From contig NC_077227.1 in assembly GCF_027887165.1 (NCBI RefSeq), forward strand, positions 173,226,324-173,290,323: a stretch of 64,000 nt of DNA. Direction: 5' to 3'. The notes beneath the pieces were generated by a model that searched no databases, was not told where the DNA came from, and saw only the letters and a program-made list of their open reading frames with translations. The DNA comes from Monodelphis domestica (Eukaryota). The translations under genes and the position numbers were made by a program. Position 1 is the first letter of the stretch; every line of letters starts with the position of its first letter. This document shows positions 36,929 through 47,774 of the stretch, in pieces.

Positions 36929-37123
36929 CCGGAGTCAAGTCTGGAAAAGACTGAATCTGCTCAGAACGATGACACCGTCCAGTCCGCCTTTCAGCAGCTA
37001 CAGCATCCACCTAGTCCAGCTCGGCCCAGTCTCCTGAAGGACATTGTCCAGCAGCTACAGCAGCGCAGTGGTAGTTTGTGTCTAGTGACTGGAGAACCTG
37101 GACAGGGCAAGACAGCCTTCCTG
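36929..37123 (+). CDS. TEP1: TEP1 exon, NACHT P-loop (..LVTGEPGQGKTAFL)
   Basis: cctcctAG|CCG.. to ..TTCCTG|GTACAG. Walker A motif GEPGQGKT. Human ..LSLVTGQSGQGKTAFL. Confidence 0.85.
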
Positions 37124-37262
37124 GTACAGATGGGGTTGGTTTGGGATGATGGAAGGGTAGGAGGAGGGTGGTGGAGTTTGGGGATGCTGGAGCAAGAGAA
37201 TGGAAGGAAGCAAGAGGCTAAGGAAAAGTCCTTGATTACAGCTTCTCTCCTTCCTGCCATAG

Positions 37263-37438
37263 TCATCCTTAGTATCAGCCCTACAGGCTCCCTTTGGGGC
37301 CACCAGAAGCTCCCAAGTGTTCTTCCACTTTGCTGGAGCCCGTCCTGATCAGAGCTACATCCTCACCTTGCTCAGACGCCTCTGTACTTACCTGCGCCAT
37401 CAGCTACAGCATTCCAAACCCTTCCCAACTACCTACCG
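37263..37438 (+). CDS. TEP1: TEP1 exon (SSLVSALQAPFGATRSSQVFFHFAGARPDQSYILTLLRRLCTYLRHQLQHSKPFPTTY-)
   Basis: ctgccatAG|TCA.. to ..TACCG|GTGAGC. Human ASLVSALQAPDGAKVAPLVFFHFSGARPDQGLALTLLRRLCTYLRGQL... Confidence 0.8.
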
Positions 37439-37687
37439 GTGAGCATTCCCCTTAGAATTTCTCATCCTGTGGACCATCACATCATCAGTTATGGGAATAT
37501 TAAAAGTCATCCAACCCCCTCATTATATAGATGAGGAAACTGAGGTCCCAAGATAAGTAGCACAAATAGGAAGTGGCACCATTGAGGATTAAACCCCGGT
37601 CCAGAATTCTTTCCTCTTTGAGAGGCTTTTGTCTCTGCCTGCTTGCTGCACTCAGGTGTGCTGGACATGTCTTCTCTCTCCTTGCAG

Positions 37688-37841
37688 GGGACTGGTGTGG
37701 GAGCTACATACCCTACTTCCCAAATCTGCTCAGACCCTACGCTCTGGCCAGACACTAGTGCTGGTCATTGATGGAGCAGACCAACTAGGGGATCAAACTG
37801 GTCGTCTGATCTCAGATTGGATTCCAAAGAGCCTACCTCAG
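37688..37841 (+). CDS. TEP1: TEP1 exon (-GLVWELHTLLPKSAQTLRSGQTLVLVIDGADQLGDQTGRLISDWIPKSLPQ)
   Basis: ccttgcAG|GGG.. to ..CCTCAG|GTATAT. Human ..QVLIIDGADRLVDQNGQLISDWIPKKLPR. Confidence 0.85.
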
Positions 37842-37965
37842 GTATATGCACAGAGATAGGGAAGTTAGTGGATGAAATAAGGAAGGGGAATTTGGGGATG
37901 ACTTTGAATGGCTATGGGGTGCAAGGACTATCTAGCACCTCACTTTCTTCTCTCATCTCCCAAAG

Positions 37966-38145
37966 AAAGTCCATCTTGTGATGAGTATGTCAACAAGCAC
38001 AGGGTTAGCAGATATCCTTCAGTGTCGCAGAGATGCTCACGTGGTGGCTCTAAGATCCTTGGAACCAACTGCCCGAGCCCAGTTGGTGAGACAGGAGCTG
38101 GCCCTGTATGGAAAACGGCTGGAGGAGACACCCTTCAACAATCAG
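37966..38145 (+). CDS. TEP1: TEP1 exon (KVHLVMSMSTSTGLADILQCRRDAHVVALRSLEPTARAQLVRQELALYGKRLEETPFNNQ)
   Basis: cccaaAG|AAA.. to ..AATCAG|GTTGGG. Human CVHLVLSVSSDAGLGETLEQSQGAHVLALGPLEASARARLVREELALYGKRLEESPFNNQ. Confidence 0.85.
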
Positions 38146-38339
38146 GTTGGGAGTAGGGAACCCTTGGAATGATGGGATGAGTACAGAGGGAGCCTAGGGA
38201 CTAGTGTAAGAGTGTCATCACTGAATATAATGATTGACCTGGAGGACCAGAACTTTCATGCCTTTTTCTTAGTAGTGCAGGTCTAGAAAAGGATTATTTT
38301 CAAGTAGATTGAAGTAATTTAAAAAGGGGACATTTAAAA

Positions 38340-38530
38340 AAGATGACTCTATGGATGGAGAGCCAAGCCTAGCAATGTGAGGTCCTGGGTTCAAATGTGG
38401 CCTCAGACACTTCCTAGCTGTGTCATCCTAAGCAAGCCACTTAATTTCAACTGTCTAACCCTTATTGCTCTTCTGTCTTGAACCAAGACAGAAGGTAAGA
38501 GTGGAAAAAAACAAAAAACAAAAAAAAGGA
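38340..38530 (+). mobile_element. tRNA-derived SINE
   Basis: ..ggatggagagccaagcctagcaatgtgaggtcctgggttcaaatgtggcctcagacacttcctagctgtgtcatcc.. (A)-rich tail. Confidence 0.8.
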
Positions 38531-39271
38531 AATTGAACATATTTCCCTGACCATATTATTGTCTACAATTTAATAGCAATTACTTTCAAAATAAATAATT
38601 TTGTGATAAACTAACCATCATATCCCAGGGAAGGAAGACAAGGTCAGTAGACAAAATTTATATTCCCAAAAGAGATTTATGATATTCTTTATAGCCAGCA
38701 GAAGTCTTGGAAAAAGTGTTGACATTCTCAGACTACTGTGATTCTTCTGGTTCTCTCTTTTGGATAACCCAGAGACCTACTTTCCCTAATCAGCCTAGTG
38801 AGAGTGGAGGCCCCCAGGTTGCTTATTTGAGTTGTAGTGCCAAAGATGAGTCTTTTAGCTTTCCCTTTTTGTACTCAAAAGATTCCATCTGTGATGTTTC
38901 AGTGAAGTTTCAGTTTTCAGGTTTCTAGGGATTCTGGGGCACTCTTAGGCTGTATGGGAGGGCAGGCATTGGATTGGAGAGCCCATCTTTCTTAACTCTA
39001 TTCAGGATATAGAAGCCCGTTATTTAGAGGAACTAGAGTACTTTGAAAGAAACTGCTTCATTAGGAATGCGATGAGCATTACTATATTTTGGGGAAATAG
39101 TTTCAGGGTATAAACAAAAAAATAGTGGCAAGCAAAAATTTGTATAATTAAGCAGGAGAATAAACCATTATTATGAACTCCTAGAACATTATCTTAATGA
39201 GTTTTCTTTGTTGCTAAATAGCTTTGATTATTACCAAGGGAAATAGTCCTGAGGCATGTGCTTTGGTGAAA

Positions 39272-39412
39272 GACAGTTGATCACCCAGCTGTGTGATCCT
39301 GGGCAAGTCACTTGACCCCCATTGTCTATCCCTTACCACTCTTCTGCCTTGGAGCCAATACACAGTATTGACTACAAGACGGAAGGGAAGAGTTTAATTA
39401 AAAAAAAAAAGA
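39272..39412 (+). mobile_element. tRNA-derived SINE, 5'-truncated
   Basis: cagctgtgtgatcctgggcaagtcacttgacccccattgtctatcccttaccactcttctgccttggagccaatacacagtattgac..(A)n. Confidence 0.8.
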
Positions 39413-40264
39413 AAAGACAGTTGATCAACAAGTATTAATTAAGTACCTACTATGTGCTGGACATTCAATCATTAAGTGCTTTATTAAGCACTTATGTGCC
39501 AGGCACTCAATAAGCATTTACTAAACACCTACTATGTGCCAAGCTTGGTGCAAAGCACTGGGGTTACAAAGAAAAGCAGAAGACAGTCCTTACTCTCAAG
39601 GAGCTTATAGAATTCCAAAGAGCAAGCAAGTACTAGATAAGTTGAATATAAATTAGCAGAGGAAAGGCAGCACCATTAACAGGAATCAGAAAAGACGTTT
39701 TATAGAAATGGAATTTTAGCTGGGCCTTGAAGCCAGAAAAGTAAAGAACTACAAATTTTCCTTGATATATTTTCTAGTAAGCAATGTCTGTTCATTCAAA
39801 AGGATAACATTTACAGTTCTAGAAATTCTCAATAGCAAACCTAAGAAAAAGGAGGATAATAACGACATCAGAAAAGACGGCATATATTGCAACAATCATA
39901 GTCAAATTGACCCTAATGCAAGGATAAAAATGCTGCTTTGGCTCAGTAGCTATCTTGGGTTACCAGGTGGTGGTGATAGGAGTCCTGTTATGTCCTTCTC
40001 TGAGCAATTCCAGCACTGAGAAGCAACTCTTAAGTCCTCAGCTATTATGCTCCCGATGCCCAGCACAAGAAGCTTTTGGGCAGTAGAGGGGAGGTGTGTG
40101 GCAGTTAGATGTGCTTTAGGAGTTGAAGGAGAGGGCTGCCTCTTTGCTGTGCGAGTGGCTCAGAGTTGTGGTGGAAGGGATGTGGGAAGAGCAGAGTTTA
40201 GAGATGACCAGGAAGAGAGGTCTTTGATTTGGCTTCATCATCACCATCACCCATATCTCTCCAG

Positions 40265-40357
40265 ATGCGGCTGTTGCTGGTAAAGCGAGGGGCAGCTCTG
40301 CCTCTTTACTTGCGCCTGGCCACCGATCACCTTCGTCTCTTCACACTGTTTGAGCAG
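40265..40357 (+). CDS. TEP1: TEP1 exon (MRLLLVKRGAALPLYLRLATDHLRLFTLFEQ)
   Basis: tctccAG|ATG.. to ..GAGCAG|GTCAGG. Human MRLLLVKRESGRPLYLRLVTDHLRLFTLYEQ. Confidence 0.9.
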
Positions 40358-40626
40358 GTCAGGTGCTTTCCATTTCCATAGCCATCGCTTTCCCTTCCCT
40401 CTACAACCAATAATCCACTCTCATTTTCCGACTTCAGTTCCCTCATTCCCAATCATTCATCTACCCTATTTCCTTAGCCTGTCTCTTAGCCTCTACTCTC
40501 ATCCCCCGTTCTTTCTCCTACGTCCCCATCCCTCTCTGTGTCCCATGTCCACTCCTCACTCCTGTCCTTATCGCATCACATATATCAAATGAATAACCAT
40601 CTTCTGATCCCTGGGCTCTTTCCTAG

Positions 40627-40759
40627 ATGTCTGAGCAACTTCGGACATTACCGGCCACTGTGCCCCTACTACTACAGCATGTGTTGGGTGTCCTGGAACA
40701 GGAGCATGAGCCAGACATTTTGCCTCTTGCCTTAGCTGCCCTCCAGGTCACACGCAGCG
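40627..40759 (+). CDS. TEP1: TEP1 exon (MSEQLRTLPATVPLLLQHVLGVLEQEHEPDILPLALAALQVTRS-)
   Basis: ttcctAG|ATG.. to ..AGCG|GTAAGT. Human VSERLRTLPATVPLLLQHILSTLEKEHGPDVLPQALTALEVTRSG. Confidence 0.9.
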
Positions 40760-41092
40760 GTAAGTCCTGAGGGGCTGGATGAATGAGGAGGCACTTGGGA
40801 GAAGGGTGGTTTGGGGATGCGCCTGTGGCTGTGTTAGCACCTGTGAGAGAAATGCTAAGAATTAATAGTGTATTTGGGGTGGTGGAAGGAGCACAGTCAG
40901 AATGAAGTTTGAAATGGGAGTAATCTCTTTGGGCATTTGAAGAGGCTTCTCTTTGTAGAAGAGATTTGGTTGGGTGAGAAATTTGAGACACTGTAGGCCT
41001 TGGGAATAGAAGAATTGGGGGGGGGCACCTTGTATGGGATTAGTAAAGGAGATGCCATGGGGACAAGAGGTTCAAGGTTTCCTGGATTGCAG

Positions 41093-41243
41093 GTCTCACA
41101 GTGGACCGGCTTCATGGAGTGATAAGTACATGGCGAGCACTATCCTCAGAGACTGTAGATTGGGCAGAAGCTATGGCTGCAAGAAACAAAGGAGACCCTT
41201 ATCCTATGGGTCCCTTTACCTACCTCATCCAGAGTCTGCGCAG
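41093..41243 (+). CDS. TEP1: TEP1 exon (-LTVDRLHGVISTWRALSSETVDWAEAMAARNKGDPYPMGPFTYLIQSLR-)
   Basis: gattgcAG|GTCT.. to ..CGCAG|GTAATG. Human LTVDQLHGVLSVWRTL..GDPYPMGPFACLVQSLRS. Confidence 0.85.
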
Positions 41244-41485
41244 GTAATGGATGCTCCTGACAATCAGACCATGCTTGCCCCTCTAGGTATCATGTGCTCC
41301 TCATCCCATCTAAGAGCTTCCTTGCAGATCACTCTATCTCCAGTTCTGAACCCCTTTTTTCCAGGACAGAGTGAAACCCAGTTTTATATAAGGCCCCCTA
41401 CAGTGTGAGGTGGTGCAGGTGGTTCCTTTGGCTTTGTCAAAATCTTCACTGTTTTTCTCCTACCTCTATTCCCTACTCTGGTCAG

Positions 41486-41619
41486 ATTGTTGGGAGAGGG
41501 GTCTCTGGAACTTCCTGGAGCCCGGCTGCGCCTCCCTCCTGGGCCCTTAAGCTCAGCAGTTGAGCTTCGCTATAGGAAGAGACCTGGACTGAAGACCAAA
41601 GCACATGTCCTCATTGCAG
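41486..41619 (+). CDS. TEP1: TEP1 exon (-LLGEGSLELPGARLRLPPGPLSSAVELRYRKRPGLKTKAHVLIA-)
   Basis: ggtcAG|ATTG.. to ..GCAG|GTGATC. Human LLGEGPLERPGARLCLPDGPLRTAAKRCYGKRPGLEDTAHILIAA. Confidence 0.85.
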
Positions 41620-41867
41620 GTGATCAGAATGGAGCACTCAGAACTGGGTTTGGAAAATCATATACCCCATGGGGCCTCAGATCAGATCCCCTCTTTCTAG
41701 GATCTGAATGGGTAGACAGATTTCTCATGTCCCAAAGGAAATTGTCCAGAGGTTGCTAAGGAACTCCCTATCCAGCGAGATGAGAAACAGAGGTGCTGGT
41801 TTTCAGTACCTGTCCTATATCTTAATTCCTTGGATGTTCCCACCATGCACCCTCATTCCCCCTTCAG

Positions 41868-41956
41868 TTCAGCTCTGGAAAATGTGTGACCCTGAAGCCT
41901 TGGGTACCTTCCATAACTGCCACCCTGAGGCCCTGAATGACCTGCCCTACCACCTG
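41868..41956 (+). CDS. TEP1: TEP1 exon (-QLWKMCDPEALGTFHNCHPEALNDLPYHL)
   Basis: ccttcAG|TTCAG.. to ..CACCTG|GTAAGT. Human QLWKTCDADASGTFRSCPPEALGDLPYHL. Confidence 0.85.
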
Positions 41957-42188
41957 GTAAGTCATTCCCCTCACCCCATTACAACCCCTCTACCCCTTCT
42001 TTGATTCCCTGGGATCCTCTCACACCCCTCAACTCCCTACTTACTTCACTTCTCTTCCCTATACTACTCTGCAAGTTTACCATTCTGATCGCTTTTTCCT
42101 GGGCCAGGGTCTCAGCTGAGTAAATGTTGCTCTTCTTTACCATATCTACTGTGTATATCTAACCTCGATCTTGCTTGGCACTCCTCAG

Positions 42189-42303
42189 GTACAGAGTGGG
42201 AACCATTCCCTACTTGCTTCCCTGCTTACCAACCTCAATGTTACGGCTACCTACCTAGAACTGGGCTTGCTCTCCCAACTGGGAGAGGCCCATGCCTTAT
42301 ATG
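42189..42303 (+). CDS. TEP1: TEP1 exon (VQSGNHSLLASLLTNLNVTATYLELGLLSQLGEAHALY-)
   Basis: cctcAG|GTA.. to ..TATG|GTAAGT. Human LQSGNRGLLSKFLTNLHVVAAHLELGLVSRLLEAHALYA. Confidence 0.85.
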
Positions 42304-42763
42304 GTAAGTTAAGGATGGCTTCTTTCTATAAAAGGACCCAAGATCTGGATCCCCTAGGGACATAGGAAAAAGCAAGATCTTCTAACTTCTCTCTCCCAAC
42401 CCAGAAGAGCCAATTAAGATTGTGAGATCCTTGAGGAAAAGGATTTTTTTTGTCTCTTTTTTTTTTGTTCCCAGTGCTTAGGCATGTAGTAGGTGCTTAA
42501 TAAATGCTTGATTCATTGATTTTTGGATTGAGGAGGGGTCTGGTCTTGATGATACTCCTGGGAAGGATAGATAGGGTTTCTTTTCTACAGATAAACTCAG
42601 GGCCACAAAGAAGTCTTCTCCAGAGGCTTGGCCCCTGTTTCCTTTTTGATATAGTTTATTGTCTAGGCTTACTGCTCTTTTCCTTTGGTTCTGGATATAG
42701 TGGGATGAGATAGTGACTGTCCAGTGGATACTTGTTCCCTTGATTTTCCTTTCCCTTGGATAG

Positions 42764-43004
42764 CATCTTCAGTCCCAATGAGTGAGCCAGTATCCTCTGA
42801 GACAGATGTCATCGCATTCCACACATTCCTGAAGCAGCAATCCAGGCTCCTCACCCAGTATCCAGCACTGTTGACCCAGCAGGCAACCAACCAACCCTCC
42901 AACTCGCCTATCTACCAGCAGGTTCCAAAGCTGGCCCAGCGATGGTCCTCCCAGCCCATCTTGCGCTGGCTCAATAAGCCCCAGACCATGGGATCTCAGC
43001 AAAG
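42764..43004 (+). CDS. TEP1: TEP1 exon (-SSVPMSEPVSSETDVIAFHTFLKQQSRLLTQYPALLTQQATNQPSNSPIYQQVPKLAQRWSSQPILRWLNKPQTMGSQQ-)
   Basis: ttggatAG|CATC.. to ..CAAAG|GTATCA. Human SSVPKEEQKLPEADVAVFRTFLRQQASILSQYPRLLPQQAANQP...LRWLNKPRTMKNQQ. Confidence 0.85.
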
Positions 43005-44276
43005 GTATCATCACTCCCACTCTTTCATGAGTCTTTGCTGGGCCAGTTTTATCCAAGTAGCAGGCCTGGGAGGGTGAAGGTAGTTCATAGATAGGGGTAG
43101 CCTTGGTGGAAGATCAGGGGCATGAAGACTAGGGTCCTGGATGAGACAGAACTGAAGTAAATGATCATAGAGTTTATGATGAAGAAGGAACCCAGGATAG
43201 CCAGCATGTGGTTCAGAGTCTGGATCAAATGGGAAAGTTAGAGAATGTAGAATAGATTCATTGGAAGAAATGGCAAATGAGGCAGTCATGCTTGGATATA
43301 CCTAAGAACTGCAAGAGTGCCTCAAATGATGAAATACAGAGTGTGTGGTCATGTTGGTGGCTAACGGATTTGGAACAAACATGGGCTTCCAGCAAGGGGG
43401 ACAGCCAGCTTCCTGAGGACAAGGATACAAAGAAAGCCAAACTTTTCCAAGGAACTCCCATCCTAACAGAAGCAACAACATTTAAACTAGTAGATAACAA
43501 GAAACCTCACATTGATAGAGAGCTTTAAGATTTGTTTAAAGGCTGTATATTATCTTATTTGAGCTTCACAACAAATCTGTAAGGTAGGCTAACATCTATT
43601 TCTAAAGGGATTGAGTGAAGTTAATTAAGAAAGGCAAAGAACCTAGAAGTGAGAGTGTCAAATGACATCAATGTGGATGCTCCCATTATAGGGGATATAT
43701 TGGAGAGGGAGGACTTGAGGCAGGGCTAGAGTCTTTTAAGGTGGTGGGAATGGATGGGTGATTTGGTGAGGGAGGCATAGAGAGAGACAATGGTGTCTAT
43801 GATTTTAAAAAGGGGAGTGGCATCACCAGAAGCCTCAGAATTCAACTGATGATTCCTGGAGAGAGAGGCAATGATAGTAGGAAGGTAGAGAAGGCCCCTT
43901 CCTCACCAACTGGGGAAAGGGGTAAAATGGGAAAGGGAGAATGACAAGGATCTTGAGAGTCACTCAGTAGAGGGAAAAAGGAGGAAAGGACCAATAACTG
44001 AGGTACATATGAGAGATGGGAAAAGAGGGTACTTTGGACTGACAAAGGTACTTATTTATGTGACAGATGAGAGACAAACCTTAATCTCTGAGGAGGGACA
44101 GATGTATTAATTTTCATATCTGTATATTCAGATGTACATTCTGCTCACTCACCCTCCCCTTCCCCATCTCTGCCTCCCCATTCTCTATCATTCCCTTCTT
44201 AAATTTCCCCCTTCCCTTCTTTTTTTCCCCTTCCCTCCCCCTCTTCCTTTTCTCTTCTCTCACACTTCCTTTATAG

Positions 44277-44400
44277 TTCCAGCCTGTCTCTGGTACCTTC
44301 CTCGATGCCTACAGCTGTGAGTCTTTCCCCCAATGGACAGTGGGCAGTTGTGGCTACTGCCAGTGGGATTGTTCATCTGCTGGACACACGTACTTGGCAG
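44277..44400 (+). CDS. TEP1: TEP1 exon, first WD40 blade (-SSLSLVPSSMPTAVSLSPNGQWAVVATASGIVHLLDTRTWQ)
   Basis: tttatAG|TTCC.. to ..TGGCAG|GTAGGA. Human SSLSLAVSSSPTAVAFSTNGQRAAVGTANGTVYLLDLRTWQ. Confidence 0.85.
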
Positions 44401-44651
44401 GTAGGAGGGCCACGGAAGGAAGAAGTGAAGAAGCTAGAGGAATAGCAAGTCCTTCAGGATGATGGCCTCACAGGCTACCTGTATGGACCAAATGATAACT
44501 AAATTCATCCTGAGATGAGGCCACTCCTACCTTTTCAACATATTCATCCCTAGAATCCAGGGGACAAAGGGCTTTTAAAGACAATTCATTAGTCAGTGAA
44601 AGTGATTGAACAAGTGTCAAATAAGTGTTAAACACCTTTAAAAGACTATAG

Positions 44652-44868
44652 AAGGGGCAGCTAGATGGCTTAATAGATTGAAAGTCAGGACTAGAGGCAA
44701 ATGATCCTGGGTTCAAAAATAGGAAGTCAGACACTTCCTAGCTGTGTGACCTTAGGCAAGTCACTTAACCCTCATTGCCTAACCCTAACCCCTCTTTCTG
44801 CCTTGGAACCAATATGCAATATTGATTCTAAGACAGAAAATAAAGATTAAAAAAAAAGACCATAGAAA
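44652..44868 (+). mobile_element. tRNA-derived SINE
   Basis: aaggggcagctagatggcttaatagattgaaagtcaggactagagg..gggttcaaaaatagg.. (A)n. Confidence 0.8.
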
Positions 44869-45465
44869 GATTCAAAGGAGAGTAAGGTATGGTTCCTGCA
44901 TTCCAGGGCCTTATGAAGAATAGCATAGGACCACAAAAAAGATGATGAATAGTACTATAGGATAGTATAGCAAGGATGTATAATTTCAGTACTGGGTGGG
45001 TATTCCTTTTACTGATGCAGATCATGACTTTGTACCTTCTTTGTGTATTTTTTGGATGCCTTTTTCTTTTTTTAGATCACTGTCACTCTTAAATGAATTC
45101 TCCACTTTACCCCCACTCCCACCCCAAATTCCCAGGTCTTGTAAAACCCTGAAAATAATCCTTCTGAGGTGTTATGGCCCATCACCACATTGTTCTTTGG
45201 CAAGCCTTCTGGTGATGAACTGCTCCAAACTTAGCTAGGCTGGTCCTCAGGATTCAAATGAATTCAAGTGGACATAAGTCAGATGAAGTTCTATGGTAGT
45301 TCCACCTGTTTGAGTGGAGGGGACAATGTTGAGGGGACAATGAGTAGATATGGCTGGCCAGACTAAAGGATTCATTTAAGTGAGAGAGAAGACTAGCAAG
45401 TAGGCATGTCCCAAGGCCCTGGTTCAGGTTTTCATGACCCCTGTAACTTAAAAGAAGACCCAGGA

Positions 45466-45900
45466 GGGGCAGCTAGGTAGCACAATGGATAGAATGCTAA
45501 GCCTGGAGTCAGCTAGAGATCTGGGTTCACATTTAGCCTCAGATACTTTCTGGCTGTGTGATCCTGGGCAAGCCATTTGACCCCTATTGCCTAGCTCTCT
45601 TTTGCTGCTCTTCTGCCTCAGAATGGATACTTACTGGGGCAGCTGGGTAGCTCAGTGGATTGAGAGCCAAGCCTAGAAATGGGAGGTCCTAGGTTCAAAT
45701 CTGGCCTCAGCCACTTCCTAGCTGTGTGACCCTGGGCAAGTCACTTGACCCTCATTGCCTAGCCCTTACCACTCTTCTGTCTTGGAACCAATACACAATA
45801 TTGATTCCATGATGGAAGGTAAGGGTTTATTTAAAAAAAAAATAATGGATACTTAATGATTCTAAGGCAGAGGGTAAGGACTTTTATAAAAGAGAGAGAG
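45466..45900 (+). mobile_element. Nested SINE insertion. One full-length SINE (45636-45840) sits inside the 3' part of an older SINE (45466-45635 plus 45841-~45900).
   Basis: The outer copy ..ctgcctcagaatggatactta is interrupted by the inner copy tggggcagctgggtagctcagtgg..gggtttatttaaaaaaaaa and resumes ataatggatacttaatgattctaaggcagagggtaagga. The repeated (a)atggatactta is the target-site duplication. Confidence 0.85.
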
Positions 45901-45907
45901 AGAGAAA
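45891..45907. repeat. (GA)n microsatellite
   Basis: agagagagagagagaaag. Confidence 0.85.
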
Positions 45908-46094
45908 GAAAACCCAACTGGGCTGAGAATCCCTTTATTAGGCTAGTCATCTGAGTTCAGAGGAGCTCAGAGTGCCCTGGGTTAGAAGTATACAGAGTTA
46001 ACAAGCTATCTCAGATACCTTTTTTGGTTGGGATCAGAAATTGGGAATGTGAGAGAAAGAGGGTGAGCCAAGCAGAACTTTGGTGTATCTACAG

Positions 46095-46219
46095 GAGGAG
46101 AAGTCCATAGTGAGTGGCTGTGATGGAATCTCATCTTGCCTCTGCCCCTCGAATTCGACTGTCTTCCTCGCAGCCTCAGATGGTCTCCTGGAACTCTGGG
46201 ACCTTCAGGGGGGCTGGCG
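46095..46219 (+). CDS. TEP1: TEP1 exon (EEKSIVSGCDGISSCLCPSNSTVFLAASDGLLELWDLQGGW-)
   Basis: atctacAG|GAG.. to ..GGCG|GTAAGG. Human EEKSVVSGCDGISACLFLSDDTLFLTAFDGLLELWDLQHGCR. Confidence 0.9.
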
Positions 46220-46434
46220 GTAAGGCCTCCAGGGTGCCCAGACACCCCTCTTGGTTCTTATTAATACAATCCTCCCTCACTTTTGGCCTTTCCTTCTCTA
46301 AGGTCTAAGCTGCAGTCCCCTCAAGATTGATAGTGGGAGGGTGCCAGGGTTTGGGGGGAAAGAAGCAGTAGAGCCAGAGAGCTCAGTGAAATGAGGGGAG
46401 ACCCACAGCACTGACTTGAGTTTCTTGGGCTCAG

Positions 46435-46534
46435 AGTGTTCCAAACCAAAGCCCACCAGCTCCAAATCACTGACTGCTGCCTGAGCCCTGATCACCGACT
46501 GCTGGCCACTGTGTCCCTGGATAGACATCTGAAG
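46435..46534 (+). CDS. TEP1: TEP1 exon (-VFQTKAHQLQITDCCLSPDHRLLATVSLDRHLK)
   Basis: ggctcAG|AGTG.. to ..CTGAAG|GTAAAA. Human VLQTKAHQYQITGCCLSPDCRLLATVCLGGCLK. Confidence 0.9.
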
Positions 46535-46688
46535 GTAAAATTGAGAATCTCAGGTTAAAGGTGGAAAAATACCTAGTTGTCATAGGGGATAACAAATTGA
46601 TTAGGAAATAGTCCTGCAGAGTTTGGTCTCTCAGTTCAGAATGAATTGCTTTCCCTTAGACAGACCCAAGTGGCTGCCAACTGACTTG

Positions 46689-46706
46689 ATGGGGGGGGGG
46701 GGGGGG
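46689..46706. repeat. poly(G) about 16 nt, then gaggg (intronic)
   Basis: atgggggggggggggggggaggg. Confidence 0.85.
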
Positions 46707-46842
46707 AGGGAGTTAGGGAGACATGGGGTTGGATAGAATGTCCTCTGGGTCCTCTTAGCACTCATATTAATAAGATGTGTCTGGAGGTGAGGGCCCTGGA
46801 GTCCAGTGCATCTTCTTTAATCCCTGTTCTTCCTGTGAGCAG

Positions 46843-46998
46843 CTGTGGGACACGGTCCACGGGAAGCTGGCCTCCCAGCACTTGTCACAGAAGCCCCTGA
46901 ATTGTGTTGCCTTTCACCCTGAGGAGCAGGTGATCACCACAGGAAACTGGGCCGGGTGCCTTAGTGTTCTGAGACTGGACAGCCTCACAGTGACCATG
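46843..46998 (+). CDS. TEP1: TEP1 exon (LWDTVHGKLASQHLSQKPLNCVAFHPEEQVITTGNWAGCLSVLRLDSLTVTM)
   Basis: gtgagcAG|CTG.. to ..ACCATG|GTGAGA. Human LWDTVRGQLAFQHTYPKSLNCVAFHPEGQVIATGSWAGSISFFQVDGLKVTK. Confidence 0.9.
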
Positions 46999-47150
46999 GT
47001 GAGAAAATATTAGCCATTGTGGGCCCAGGGAGGGGATGGAAGAACAAGTCTGGATGGAGAAGAGTGGATCTGAAGGCCTGGTCTATTTAAGGGGTATATA
47101 AAACTTCTCCCATGATGTACTCTTTCCTCCTAACTTTATAGGAACTCAAA

Positions 47151-47354
47151 GGCTCAGAGTCCTCGGTCCGTGCTGTGACATTTGCTCCTTCTGGAACAGT
47201 CTTGGCTGCCAGCCATCTGGATGGCACTGTTGAACTGTGGGCTTGGCAGAAGGGAGCACAACTGGCTTCTTTCCCTGCCCACCTGGGATATGTTGCTTCT
47301 GCTCTCTTCCTGCAATCTGGACGCCAGATGCTGACTGCTGGGGAGGATGGCAAG
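47151..47354 (+). CDS. TEP1: TEP1 exon (AQSPSVRAVTFAPSGTVLAASHLDGTVELWAWQKGAQLASFPAHLGYVASALFLQSGRQMLTAGEDGK). Its 5' end is ambiguous. The strong acceptor is at 47139-47140 (exon from 47141), but it is +1 out of frame.
   Basis: The in-frame acceptor caaAG|GCT at 47149-50 gives phase 0. The polypyrimidine-preceded acceptor tttatAG|GAACTC at 47141 gives ELKGSES.. only if one C in gagtCCCtcgg is removed. Donor GGCAAG|GTCAGC at 47354. Human DLGAPGASIRTLAFNVPGGVVAVGRLDSMVELWAWREGARLAAFPAHHGFVAAALFLHAGCQLLTAGEDGK. Confidence 0.7.
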
Positions 47355-47774
47355 GTCAGCCCAGAGATGGCCCAGAGGGAGGGTTGGGGAGAAGACACCC
47401 CCAAGAGGGATATGAATTTTCTGTGGGCCTTGGGGATGTTGGGGAGAAGTAAAGTAGAATCTTTGACTCCCTTTCTATTGAGGAAATATCTCTGGAATTT
47501 TAGTAGGAGAATCTCTGTGGAGGTGTACCACTGAGTGGGAAAGACCTTTGGGGTGACAGACAGGTTTGGGAGAGTGTCTTTGTTGGAGAAAGTGACTCAA
47601 GGGAAATGGAGTCTGTGGTCAAGGGCAGGGTTTGTTCTAAGTGGGTGCCCAGTATTTGGCAGCATTTGTGTTAAGGACCTCTGAAAGGAAGAATCTCTGA
47701 TGTATGTGTTTGGAGAGCAGCTTTCTCTATGTATTGGATAATCTGTTGGCTTTGCTTTTCATATTGGGTTGTAG

